Assembly (NCBI GenBank): GCA_038231275.1
Contig: JBBRLQ010000016.1
Span: 32,001 to 96,000 of the forward strand
Origin: Polyangiales bacterium
GTDB lineage: Bacteria; Myxococcota_A; Polyangia; Polyangiales; Polyangiaceae
Direction: 5' to 3'
Length of the DNA: 64,000 nt
A program made the translations under genes and the position numbers. Below are positions 1 to 9,143 of the stretch, piece by piece. Positions within the stretch are counted from its first letter, which is position 1; each line of letters opens with the position of its first letter. Below the pieces are notes generated by a model. That model saw only the letters and a list, made by a program, of their open reading frames with translations. It was not told the DNA's origin and did no database searches.

Positions 1-1
1 C

Positions 2-1036
2 GTGACCCAGGCCATTCTCTCAAGCGCGCGCTCTCTTCTCGTGACGGGGGGGACCGGATCGTTCGGCAAAGCGCTGCTCCGGACGGTCCTCGAGAAGTTC
101 CCGCACGTCTCTCGCGTGATCGTGTTCTCTCGCGACGAGCTGAAGCAGTTCGAAATGGCGCAGGATGCCCCGTTCCAAGGGCCCCGCATTCGCTTCTTCC
201 TCGGGGACGTGCGCGACAAGGATCGCCTCTCGCGGGCGATGGAGGGCGTCGATACTGTGATCCACGCCGCAGCACTGAAGCAAGTGCCGGCCGCCGAGTA
301 CAACCCGTTCGAGGCGATCAAGACGAACGTCCTCGGCGCGCAGAACGTCATCGATTGCTGCCTCGATCAGGGCGTACGGCGCGTCGTCGCGCTTTCTACC
401 GACAAGGCCGCCGCCCCTATCAACCTCTACGGCGCGACGAAGCTTTGTTCGGACAAGCTCTTCGTCGCCGCGAACAACTTCAAGGGCACGCGAGACATTC
501 GCTTCGGGGTCGTCCGCTACGGCAACGTGATGGGGAGCCGCGGCAGCGTGATCCCGTTCTTCATGAAGATGGCGAAGAATGGCGTCTTGCCGATCACCGA
601 TCCCGAGATGACGCGATTCAACATCACGCTGCAGGAAGGCGTCGACATGGTCCTTCGGGCCGTCGACCGAATGTGGGGCGGCGAGCTCTTCGTACCGAAG
701 ATCCCCAGCTACCGAATCACTGACGTCGCCGAGGCCATCGCGCCCGGCGCCCGCCACGAGAACGTCGGAATCCGACCCGGCGAGAAGCTCCACGAGGAGA
801 TGATCACGCCGAGCGATTCCTACTCGACCGTCGAGTTCGAGCGCGACTTCGTCATCCTCCCGTCCACCCCAACCTGGAACATCGGCGAGTTCATCGAGAA
901 GAACGCCGGCAAGAAGTGCGCGCCCGGGTTTCACTACCACAGCGGAAAGAACGCCGATTGGCTCTCCGTCGATCGAATCCGCGCGCTCATCAAGGAGCAC
1001 GTCGACCCCACCTTCCGACCGTGGAGCGCCGCGTGA
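2..1036 (+). CDS. pseB: UDP-N-acetylglucosamine 4,6-dehydratase (inverting), PseB/FlaA1
   Basis: TGGTGSFG, SRDELKQ, HAAALKQVPAAEYNP, STDKA, YGATK, RYGNVMGSRGSV and GIRPGEKLHE motifs; the start is at the window edge, so upstream context is unseen. Confidence 0.93.
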   Translation: MTQAILSSARSLLVTGGTGSFGKALLRTVLEKFPHVSRVIVFSRDELKQFEMAQDAPFQGPRIRFFLGDVRDKDRLSRAMEGVDTVIHAAALKQVPAAEYNPFEAIKTNVLGAQNVIDCCLDQGVRRVVALSTDKAAAPINLYGATKLCSDKLFVAANNFKGTRDIRFGVVRYGNVMGSRGSVIPFFMKMAKNGVLPITDPEMTRFNITLQEGVDMVLRAVDRMWGGELFVPKIPSYRITDVAEAIAPGARHENVGIRPGEKLHEEMITPSDSYSTVEFERDFVILPSTPTWNIGEFIEKNAGKKCAPGFHYHSGKNADWLSVDRIRALIKEHVDPTFRPWSAA

Positions 1037-2268
1037 CGACGCGAAAGTCGATCTCGTACGGGCGCCAGGACATCACGGACGCCGACATTCGCGCGGTGGT
1101 CGACTGTCTCAAGGGGGATTTCCTGACGCAGGGCCCGCGCGTTGCCGCGTTCGAAGCGGCGCTGACGGAAGCGACGGGCGCGAAGTACGCGGTCGCGGTC
1201 GCGAACGGCACCGCGGCGCTGCACATCGCATACGCGGCACTCGGCGTGGGGCCCGACGACACCGGGCTGACCTCGCCGATCTCGTTCGTTGCCACCGCCA
1301 ACGGCCTCCTCTACAACGGCGCGCGCGTCGAGTTCGCCGACGTCGATCCTGCCACCGGGAACATTCGTGTCGACGAGGTCGAGCGCGCCGCCGATCGACT
1401 GGCGGCTGCCGGGCGCTCCCCAAAGGTCATCACGCCCGTCGATCTCGCGGGCCAGCCTACCGATCGCGCCGGGATCCTCGCGGTTGCCAAGAAGCACGGC
1501 GCGAAGATTCTCGAGGACTCGGCGCACTCCCTGGGCGCGACGTACGACGTCGACGGCAAGACGTTCAAAGTCGGCAGCTGCGCGCATGCCGACGCCGCGA
1601 TCCTGAGCTTCCACCCGGTCAAGCACGTCACGACCGGCGAGGGCGGCGCCATCCTCACAAACGACGCGGAGGTGTACCGCGCGCTGTGCGACCTGCGTAC
1701 GCACGGGATCCACAAGGATCCGAAGCGCCTGGCACGGCCTGCAGACGACGCGTGGGCTGGGCCCTGGTACTACGAGCAGAGCGCGCTCGGGTTCAACTAC
1801 CGGATCACCGACATGCAGTGCGCGCTCGGCGCATCGCAAATGACTCGCCTCTCCGCGTACGTCGCTCGTCGTCAAGAGATCGCGGCGCATTACGACGCTG
1901 CGCTCGCGTCGGGCCCGCTCGCCGATTTCCTCCAACGCGCCGAGCTGCGCGCCGGACGCACGCACGCCTATCACCTCTACGTCGTGCAGGTTCGCCCGCG
2001 ACGAGACGAAGACGTCATGTCGATCGCGCGCCGTCGCAAGGAGCTGTACTTGCGTCTCGCGGGCGGCGGCATTCATTGCCAGGTTCACTACATCCCGATC
2101 CCGTGGCAGCCCTTCTACAAGGACAACCCGCGCGTGGGCCAAGGCACCTTCCCCGGCGCCGAGCGTTACTACGCGGCGAGCCTGAGCATTCCGATGTTCC
2201 CCGCCATGACCGACACCGACGTGGACGACGTGATCCGTGCGCTCGAGGCCGCTTGCACCGGGCGGTGA
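1033..2268 (+). CDS. pseC: UDP-4-amino-4,6-dideoxy-N-acetyl-beta-L-altrosamine transaminase (DegT family), PseC
   Basis: ISYGRQDI, LTQGP, NGTAALH, EDSAHSLG, SFHPVKHVTTGEGG (PLP Lys), LGFNYR, QVHYIP; GTG at 1033 overlaps the pseB stop (GTGA). Confidence 0.9.
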   Translation: MTTRKSISYGRQDITDADIRAVVDCLKGDFLTQGPRVAAFEAALTEATGAKYAVAVANGTAALHIAYAALGVGPDDTGLTSPISFVATANGLLYNGARVEFADVDPATGNIRVDEVERAADRLAAAGRSPKVITPVDLAGQPTDRAGILAVAKKHGAKILEDSAHSLGATYDVDGKTFKVGSCAHADAAILSFHPVKHVTTGEGGAILTNDAEVYRALCDLRTHGIHKDPKRLARPADDAWAGPWYYEQSALGFNYRITDMQCALGASQMTRLSAYVARRQEIAAHYDAALASGPLADFLQRAELRAGRTHAYHLYVVQVRPRRDEDVMSIARRRKELYLRLAGGGIHCQVHYIPIPWQPFYKDNPRVGQGTFPGAERYYAASLSIPMFPAMTDTDVDDVIRALEAACTGR

Positions 2269-2293
2269 GGCGCGCGGTGGCGCGCGAAAGCAA

Positions 2294-3370
2294 ATGTTCA
2301 TCTTCCGCGCCGACGCCAGCTCCGAGATAGGCTTCGGTCATGTCATGCGATGCCTCGCGCTCGCGGACGCCGCGCGCAGCGCCGGCCACGAAACGTTGCT
2401 CATGACACGCGCGACTACCCCGCACGTCGAGGCGATGGCCGCGCGACGCAGCATTCCGGTGCGCGCGTTCGGAGGAGCGCCGGGGTCGCCCGAAGACGCG
2501 GCCTGCTTGGGGGACCTGGCGGTGCGAGGGAGCCGTGTGGTCGTGGATGGCTACGTGTTCGACGAGGCCTACCTCGCGTCGGTCCGACGCCCGGGCTCCT
2601 ATGTCACGTACGTGGACGATCTCGGCGGAGCGCGCTTCTCCTGCGACGCCGTCCTCAACCACAACCTCTATGCGGAGTCGTGCACGTACGAAGGGGCGCC
2701 GCGCACGCAATTCCTTTTGGGCCCGCGCTACGCCATCGTCCGCGATTCGTTCCTCGACGCGCGCGCGCGGAGGAGCCGCGTCGCGCCCGAGATCGCGACG
2801 CGTCTGCTCGTTACAACGGGAGGCGGGGACCCCACCGGCGAGACCGCGAAGGTGCTCGCCGCGCTTCACTTGATCGACGCGCCCTCGCTCGACGTTCGCG
2901 TCGTCGTCGGCCCCGCAAACCCCCGCGGCGACGAGATCCGCGCGTCCGCCGCGCGCGACTCCCGCCATCGCATCACGGTGCTGTCGGAGGTCGACGATCT
3001 CGCTGGCGAGATGCGGGACTGCGACCTCGCCATCGCCGCAGCGGGAACTACGGTGACGGAGCTCGCGTGCGTGGGGGTTCCCGCGCTCGTCGTCACCGTC
3101 GCGGACAACCAGCGCGCCGTCGCGCCGGAGGCGGCGAGGAGAGGGCTCGCGCGCTCCCTAGGCTGGCACGCCGATGTAACGCCTGACGCGATCGCGAGGG
3201 CGCTGGCGGCGCTGGCCCGCGACGCCGGCGAGCGCGCGCGCATGACCGAGGCGGGGCTTCGCTCCGTCGATGGCAAGGGGAAGGACCGGGCCATTGCGGC
3301 CCTCGCGGCCCTGGACGAGGCGGACGGCAAAGACCATACTCTGCCGCGCGGCAAAGAGGAGGTATCGTGA
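2294..3370 (+). CDS. pseG: UDP-2,4-diacetamido-2,4,6-trideoxy-beta-L-altropyranose hydrolase PseG/SpsG family
   Basis: FRADASSEIGFGHVMRCLALA, VVDGY, YVDD, LLGPRYA, GGGDP, AAGTT..E, ADNQ, VDGKG; ATG at 2294 chosen. Confidence 0.88.
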   Translation: MFIFRADASSEIGFGHVMRCLALADAARSAGHETLLMTRATTPHVEAMAARRSIPVRAFGGAPGSPEDAACLGDLAVRGSRVVVDGYVFDEAYLASVRRPGSYVTYVDDLGGARFSCDAVLNHNLYAESCTYEGAPRTQFLLGPRYAIVRDSFLDARARRSRVAPEIATRLLVTTGGGDPTGETAKVLAALHLIDAPSLDVRVVVGPANPRGDEIRASAARDSRHRITVLSEVDDLAGEMRDCDLAIAAAGTTVTELACVGVPALVVTVADNQRAVAPEAARRGLARSLGWHADVTPDAIARALAALARDAGERARMTEAGLRSVDGKGKDRAIAALAALDEADGKDHTLPRGKEEVS

Positions 3371-4446
3371 GTCAAGTCATCGAGTTGCGCAGCGGGCGCA
3401 CCATCGGCGCGGGGCAGCCCGTCTACATCATCGCCGAGGCGGGGTCGAACTGGCGCATGGGCGCGCCAAAACGCGATCTCGCAATGGCTCATGCCCTCAT
3501 CGACGTGGCGAAGGACACTGGCTGCGACGCCGTGAAATTCCAGACGTACAAGTCTCATACGGTCTACGCCGCCGGCGCCGGCGAGAGCGACTACCTCGCG
3601 GAGAGCGGCATCAAGGAGTCCATCAACGAGATCTTCGACGATCTTTCGATGCCCTACGAGATGATCGAGAAGCTCGCCACCTACGCAAAGAAGCGCGGCA
3701 TCGATTTCATGTCGACGCCCTTCTCGAAGGAAGACGCGGACGCGGTCGATCCCTTCGTCGAGCTCCACAAGATCGCCAGCTACGAGATCTCTCACACCGA
3801 GCTTCAGGCCCACCTGGCCGGCAAGGGGAAACCGATCGTCTTCTCGACGGGTGCGAGCACCTACGAGGACATCGACTTCGCCATGGAGCATTTGAGGAAG
3901 AGCGGCGCGAAGCAGCTCGGAATGTTCCAGTGCACAGCCAAGTATCCCGCGCCGCTCGCGGAGATCAACGTCGCTGAGATCACCGCGCTCCAGGCGCGGT
4001 ACGGGATCCCGGTCGGCCTCTCTGATCATTCGCGCGAGGCCACCATCGCGCCGGCGGCCGCAGTCGCGCTCGGGGCGAGCCTGATCGAAAAGCACTACAC
4101 GCTGAACAACAAGTTGCCTGGCGCAGACCACCCGTTCGCGCTCGAGCCCGCGGAGCTCGCAGCGATGGTCCAGGCAATCCGCGCCACGGAGCGGGCGCGG
4201 GGCCGCGTGGGCAAGCACGTGTCCGAGGCGGAGCGGGAGCTGTTCGCGTTCGCGCGACGCGGTCTGCAAGCGACGAGTCCGATCGCGAAGGGGGACGCGT
4301 TCAAGCTCGGCGACAACATCGCCATCCTCCGGCCGGGGAAGCACCCGCTCGGTGCCCATCCGCGATTCCTCGACGCGATCCAAGGTCGCCGCGCTCGCCG
4401 CGCGATCGGCCTGGGTGCGGGAGTGCTCGTCGAAGACGTGGAGTAG
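3367..4446 (+). CDS. NeuB/PseI/SpsE-family nonulosonic acid synthase with C-terminal SAF domain
   Basis: IIAEAGSN, DAVKFQ, STPF, KIASYE, GLSDHS, IEKHYT, GADH, LRPG; GTGA overlap with pseG. Confidence 0.92.
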   Translation: MSQVIELRSGRTIGAGQPVYIIAEAGSNWRMGAPKRDLAMAHALIDVAKDTGCDAVKFQTYKSHTVYAAGAGESDYLAESGIKESINEIFDDLSMPYEMIEKLATYAKKRGIDFMSTPFSKEDADAVDPFVELHKIASYEISHTELQAHLAGKGKPIVFSTGASTYEDIDFAMEHLRKSGAKQLGMFQCTAKYPAPLAEINVAEITALQARYGIPVGLSDHSREATIAPAAAVALGASLIEKHYTLNNKLPGADHPFALEPAELAAMVQAIRATERARGRVGKHVSEAERELFAFARRGLQATSPIAKGDAFKLGDNIAILRPGKHPLGAHPRFLDAIQGRRARRAIGLGAGVLVEDVE

Positions 4447-4450
4447 CTCC

Positions 4451-4912
4451 GTGTCCGTGTCCTTTCGTGTAGCAACCGCAGACGACGCACGCTTCGTGTG
4501 GCGGGTGAACAACCAGCCCGACGTTCGCGCGCAGTCGATCTCGACCGAGTCGATCCCTTGGGATTCTCACGTCGCCTGGTACGCGCGGAAGCTCGCCGAT
4601 CCTTCGTGCATCTTCTTCATCGCAGTCTCGGAGGGCGAGCCCATTGGCGTCATTCGCTTCGAGACCGCGGGTGCGACCGCGATCATCAGCATCGCCCTCG
4701 ACGCGCAGCAGCGCGGCAAGGGCTTTGGAACGGAGCTCCTCTCCCTCGCGACGGCAGAGTTCCTCCGGACCGCGTCGGCGAGCGTCGTCGTCGCCTCGGT
4801 CCGCCCCGAAAACGTCGCGAGCAGCCGTGCATTCCGCGCGGCGGGCTACGTTCCTCTAGGTCCGCACGAGGACAAGGGGGTCCTCGTGGAAAGATTCGAG
4901 AAGAGACGATGA
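4451..4912 (+). CDS. GNAT N-acetyltransferase, PseH-like
   Basis: N.PDVR..S..TE.I.W..H..WY, IGVIRF, RGKGFG, N.AS.RAF; position in the pse operon. Confidence 0.8.
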   Translation: MSVSFRVATADDARFVWRVNNQPDVRAQSISTESIPWDSHVAWYARKLADPSCIFFIAVSEGEPIGVIRFETAGATAIISIALDAQQRGKGFGTELLSLATAEFLRTASASVVVASVRPENVASSRAFRAAGYVPLGPHEDKGVLVERFEKRR

Positions 4913-5667
4913 AAGTGTCCAACGAAGCCACGCGCGAAACGTACGAGTCACCCGAAATCGTCGACTTCTACGATCGCGCGCGAGACCTCATCCCCGAAGA
5001 GGAAGAGCTCTTCGGGACCTATGTAACGCCCGGGCTTCGCATCCTGGACATCGGCGTCGGCGCGGGTCGAACGACGCGCCACCTCGCCGACAAGGCCAAG
5101 GAGTACGTAGGCGTCGACTATTCGGAGACGATGGTGGCGCGATGCCGTGAACGCTTTCCCGAGCTCACGTTCCATTGCCTCGACGCCGCGGACATGCACG
5201 TCTTCGAGGACGAGTCCTTCGACCTCGTGGTCTTCTCCTTCAACGGGCTCGGCACGCTCCCCAATGACGACTCTCGAGGTCGCTGCCTGAAGGAATGTGC
5301 GCGCGTTCTGAAACCGAACGGCGTCTTCCTCTTCTCACTGCACAATCCGACGTACCTCCTCTACCCGCCGACCCTTTCCGACGTCGGGCCGGTCAAAGCC
5401 GTTTGGCGGCTCACCTATGCCGCCATCCAGTCGGCTAGGAACATGCGGCATCGCATCGCGTCGCCAGCGTTTTGGCGGGGCCACGGCTACGTCGTCGATC
5501 CGAATCAGCACGGCTCGCTCAGTATCTACATCTGCGCGCCGGAGCAGGTCGCACGCGAAGTCGAACGTGCGGGGCTCCGCCTGGAGACCAAACTCCATGT
5601 CGACGACGCCGGGTTGCGACGCTACTTCACGGCCTACTACTACTACGCGGGTCGCAAACAGCGCTGA
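4909..5667 (+). CDS. Class I SAM-dependent methyltransferase
   Basis: ILDIGVGAGRT, VGVDYS..M, DAAD, FEDESFDLV, RVLKPNG; ATGA overlap at 4909. Confidence 0.88.
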   Translation: MKVSNEATRETYESPEIVDFYDRARDLIPEEEELFGTYVTPGLRILDIGVGAGRTTRHLADKAKEYVGVDYSETMVARCRERFPELTFHCLDAADMHVFEDESFDLVVFSFNGLGTLPNDDSRGRCLKECARVLKPNGVFLFSLHNPTYLLYPPTLSDVGPVKAVWRLTYAAIQSARNMRHRIASPAFWRGHGYVVDPNQHGSLSIYICAPEQVAREVERAGLRLETKLHVDDAGLRRYFTAYYYYAGRKQR

Positions 5668-5679
5668 GGGACATCCCCC

Positions 5680-6702
5680 TCAGACATTCGCGCTCTGGCC
5701 GCCGAGCCGTACGCGCGACGAGAGGCGACCGATACCGCGGACGATTCGACCGGCGCCTTGGATGAACGCCTCCATTCCGCGCGCCTCGTAGTGCTCGGCC
5801 GGGCCGGGGAGCGTGGACACGGATCCCGCAGGGTAGCGCTCGTCACCAAAACGCGAGCCGTACTCGGGGATGGGTCTGAGAAAGGTGCAACCCTTGCTGA
5901 CCGCGAGCCTGTCGAGCTCCTCGCCGCCGTAGCTGTGGAGCCACGACTTGTAGAGGTAGTTCTCCGGGTACCCGACGAGGTCGCGATGCTTGTCGATGTA
6001 CCGCTTCAGGTGCGCGTCGTCGAGCCCGTACGTGATGAACGCGGCAAGGCGCGTGCACGGCTCGGGAATCCGCAGCGCCTTCGGAAGACGGGCCTCGAAC
6101 CGCGGTTGCAGCGGCAACCACGGAGCCCCGCGCAACCGGACGGTGTGGCCGCTATGCGTCGTGCGAAGACTCCAAATGACGACATCGCCCGGGCGCGTCG
6201 GCACCGCGACGATGGCTCCTGTAGTGACGTCCGGAAAGAGGTGCGAGCCACGACGCACCTTGAGCCCACCGCTGAAGCGCTCGTGGTCTTGCAGGTAGAT
6301 GCCCATCCGGAGCAGCGTGTAAGGCGACTGCCAATCGGGATGCGAGGCGCGGTCCCGGACGGAGTTGTCCTTGTGGTATCCGCGAATGTCGCCGCCCACC
6401 ATGACCGAGCTGTCCCCGAAGTAAACGAGTCCGTCCCTGCCAAGGAGAGTGCGCGCGACCCTGAGGAGGCGATCGTCGAAGACGATGGAGCGAAGGCCTT
6501 CACGGCCCTGGAGGTCACCGACCGGTACGATCTCGTCGCCCTTCGCCTCGAACATCCGCCCCAGGCGCTTCGCCCTCTCGGCTTCGCGAACGACCGCGGC
6601 GCGGAAGCCGTCTATCTCGGACGGGGAGAAGACCGACCGCGCGATGACGAAGCCATCGCGCTGAAATTGAAGGAAAAAATCCGCGGGGAGCTGCATGTCC
6701 AT
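5680..6702 (-). CDS. Phytanoyl-CoA dioxygenase (PhyH) family Fe/2OG enzyme
   Basis: QFQRDGFVI...F, YHKD (HxD), GGLKV.RGSH, PGDVVIW...T.HSG facial triad. Confidence 0.8.
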   Translation of the reverse strand: MDMQLPADFFLQFQRDGFVIARSVFSPSEIDGFRAAVVREAERAKRLGRMFEAKGDEIVPVGDLQGREGLRSIVFDDRLLRVARTLLGRDGLVYFGDSSVMVGGDIRGYHKDNSVRDRASHPDWQSPYTLLRMGIYLQDHERFSGGLKVRRGSHLFPDVTTGAIVAVPTRPGDVVIWSLRTTHSGHTVRLRGAPWLPLQPRFEARLPKALRIPEPCTRLAAFITYGLDDAHLKRYIDKHRDLVGYPENYLYKSWLHSYGGEELDRLAVSKGCTFLRPIPEYGSRFGDERYPAGSVSTLPGPAEHYEARGMEAFIQGAGRIVRGIGRLSSRVRLGGQSANV

Positions 6703-6854
6703 GATCTCGGCGAGAGCTTAGCGCATCGGGGCGGCTAGACAATGGCGGGGCGTCGGCGAGTCCTACGGGCTGCACCGACTCCTGCGACTTGGTTGCACCG
6801 GATCGGCGGCGGATTCGAGCGGGGTCGACGGAGGGGACTTGGCCGGCTCTCGAG

Positions 6855-8144
6855 TCACGGCGTGACGTCGCGCAGGAGACCGGCGGCCGAGAGCTTCTCG
6901 AGGGTTGTGAGCAACGTGGGGGCATACACTCCAATTCGGTCGCAGATCCCGATCAGGTCATTGGTCCCGTCTGCGTACGCGAGGAAGTCCATCATGGCTC
7001 GCGCCGGAACGCCCGATTTCTTGATGCTGAGATTCGGGTATAGACCGCGCTTTCCGAGCTGCGGCTCACACGGCGTAGTCGTCTGGTAAATGCGGTTGGC
7101 CTCGAGGAGCGTAATCATGTCCGTATACACATCATACGTTCCGCCTAGCCCGATCGCCGTCACCAGTTTCAGGTCATCGAGCGACGTATGGTATTCGGGA
7201 AACTTTCCGTACTTGGTTCGCATGACCGACGCGACCGGGAGATCCACGCCGGGACTGCAGTATTGGCGCTCGTCACTTCCGCGATCCAAGAACGTGTAGC
7301 GGACGAAATCGGAGCACCTGTGACCGAGAACGTGCACTGCCACACGATCGCTGATCGTGCTCCCGTAGCGAGACGGCAAATAAGAGAAAGCGCGTTCGTC
7401 TCCCACGCACGTCAGCACGAAGCCTGCGTGAGTATTCCGTTTCATCGCCTCCAAATTGCGACTCAAATAGACGACCGCGCCGATGGTCTCGGGCACGAAT
7501 ACGATTCGATAGGTATAGCGACGCTCGGGGAGCGTGAGCAGCCACTTTGCAAGGCCGACCGCGAGCACGGGGCCCGAGAGCTCGTTGTTGGCCATCGAGG
7601 GATGACATACGTAGGTCGACAGCAGCACCTCTCTGTCTGTCCGACCTGGAAGGATCAGCTCCGCGTAATTCAAGACACCAGAGGTCAGTGTGCTGTCGAT
7701 CTTCACGCGATAGCGTCCAGGCTTCAGCCTTTGACGGGCCTCGTGAGAGATGCAGAACCCCCAGAAGGGCTTGTAGTACGACGTAACGTAGGGGATCGCG
7801 CTCGGCTGTTCTGGCAACGAGAACAGGTGTGAGTTCAGCTCGTCCCACTCGACTTCCTGATCAATGGGAGTGGAATAGCCGACGACGTGAAGATTGTTCC
7901 GCTGGAAATCGACGACACGGTTGCCTTCCAGGTCGGCGACGTACCCGTCGCGAATGTTCCATTCCGCGGGGACCTCCCAATCGAAGCACTTCGTTCCCGA
8001 TGGGACGTCGATGCGTACGAGCCCCGGTAGCTCGCGCTCCAGAACATCGAGGGTTTGCCGCACGCCTGCGCCCGTCAGGCTGCGGCAAATCGGAAAGAGC
8101 TCGGTGGCGAGCCGATGCATCCGCTCACCGGGAGTCTCGGACAT
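6855..8144 (-). CDS. DUF4910 / peptidase M28-like protein (polysaccharide-locus associated) with C-terminal winged helix
   Basis: LFPICRSLTGAGVRQTL, FDW.VP.EWNI, IPYVTSYY...WGFC, CHPSMANNELSGP, PETIG, GSDERQYCSPG, YHTSLD, CEPQLGKRGLYP. Confidence 0.88.
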   Translation of the reverse strand: MSETPGERMHRLATELFPICRSLTGAGVRQTLDVLERELPGLVRIDVPSGTKCFDWEVPAEWNIRDGYVADLEGNRVVDFQRNNLHVVGYSTPIDQEVEWDELNSHLFSLPEQPSAIPYVTSYYKPFWGFCISHEARQRLKPGRYRVKIDSTLTSGVLNYAELILPGRTDREVLLSTYVCHPSMANNELSGPVLAVGLAKWLLTLPERRYTYRIVFVPETIGAVVYLSRNLEAMKRNTHAGFVLTCVGDERAFSYLPSRYGSTISDRVAVHVLGHRCSDFVRYTFLDRGSDERQYCSPGVDLPVASVMRTKYGKFPEYHTSLDDLKLVTAIGLGGTYDVYTDMITLLEANRIYQTTTPCEPQLGKRGLYPNLSIKKSGVPARAMMDFLAYADGTNDLIGICDRIGVYAPTLLTTLEKLSAAGLLRDVTP

Positions 8145-9017
8145 CTAGGCGCCCTTTTTCGTTGCCTCGACGACGTAGGCTGAGCAAAGAAACATGCCGC
8201 GCCAGCCAGAAGTCTCGCGTTCGAGGTTGAAGGCTTCCTCGCGGAACCTTGGGCCCAAGCGCTTTTCGATCATCGGAGGTGCGGGATGATAGTGGTACCA
8301 GCGGAGCTCGACGTTCTCAAAGCCGTTGCGAGTGAAGAGGTCTTGCATCTCCATCGGGTTGTGAAACTTCGAGAGGATGCTGTCGTACTCGCGCACCGGC
8401 GGCATGTCGGTCGCCAATCGCGGCGCGATGTCCGCGACCACAGCGTCCTTCACATCGGCAGAGACGTTGGCAAGCAGGTCATCCCGGATGAATTCCAGCG
8501 TGTAGCGATTGAAAGTAAAGAGGGAGAACAACTTGTTTCGGAATTCGATGAACGCCGAGCCACCAGGCCGAAGAAGCGAAGCGAAATTCTTCATCACAAC
8601 GTCGTCATCGGTCACGTGCGGCATCACGCCCATTGCGACAACGGAATCGAAGGGCCCACTTGCAGTCGCATTCGCGTAGGTGTTGGAATCCTGGATATCT
8701 CCCAAAGATATTTTTGCCGGATCAAGACCGCCGGTGGCCACGTTCGCCTTCGCCCGCTCGACCATCGCTGCTGAGATATCGAAGCCCCAGGCGTCATCGG
8801 CTGCCACTGCTCTTGCCAGCGTCACGAGCGGCGTCCCTTCCCCGACTCCAACTTCCATGATGCGCTTTACGCCCTTTGCCGTCATCGACTTGACGAGCAT
8901 TTGGAGTCGGAAGTAGTTCGCGGGGTACACAGCGGATGTATAGAGATTTTCTCGCTGATACTGTTCGTGATAGGTCGCTGCGGTCGCGTCGTAGTGCGAA
9001 GAAACGGACTTGGTCAT
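8145..9017 (-). CDS. Class I SAM-dependent methyltransferase
   Basis: IMEVGVGEG, GFDIS..MV, GDI, FDSVVAMGVMPH, LRPGG; stop abuts the DUF4910 start; GGAGG upstream. Confidence 0.85.
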   Translation of the reverse strand: MTKSVSSHYDATAATYHEQYQRENLYTSAVYPANYFRLQMLVKSMTAKGVKRIMEVGVGEGTPLVTLARAVAADDAWGFDISAAMVERAKANVATGGLDPAKISLGDIQDSNTYANATASGPFDSVVAMGVMPHVTDDDVVMKNFASLLRPGGSAFIEFRNKLFSLFTFNRYTLEFIRDDLLANVSADVKDAVVADIAPRLATDMPPVREYDSILSKFHNPMEMQDLFTRNGFENVELRWYHYHPAPPMIEKRLGPRFREEAFNLERETSGWRGMFLCSAYVVEATKKGA

Positions 9018-9143
9018 AGCAAGGAGCCTCCCACGGTACGCGGCAGTGTAAGCAGATTCTGTCGGGATGCAAGACTCCCCGTTTTCGCGTGCATCCCCGC
9101 GCCAGGCACGGGGAGCTCCCCTGATCTATCCTCGGGCGAAACG

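Noticed and set aside
9089..9104. Sigma-54-like TGGC...TGC upstream of the methyltransferase (similar case near 23074)
   Set aside because: GG-to-GC spacing is one base short of the strict -24/-12 requirement
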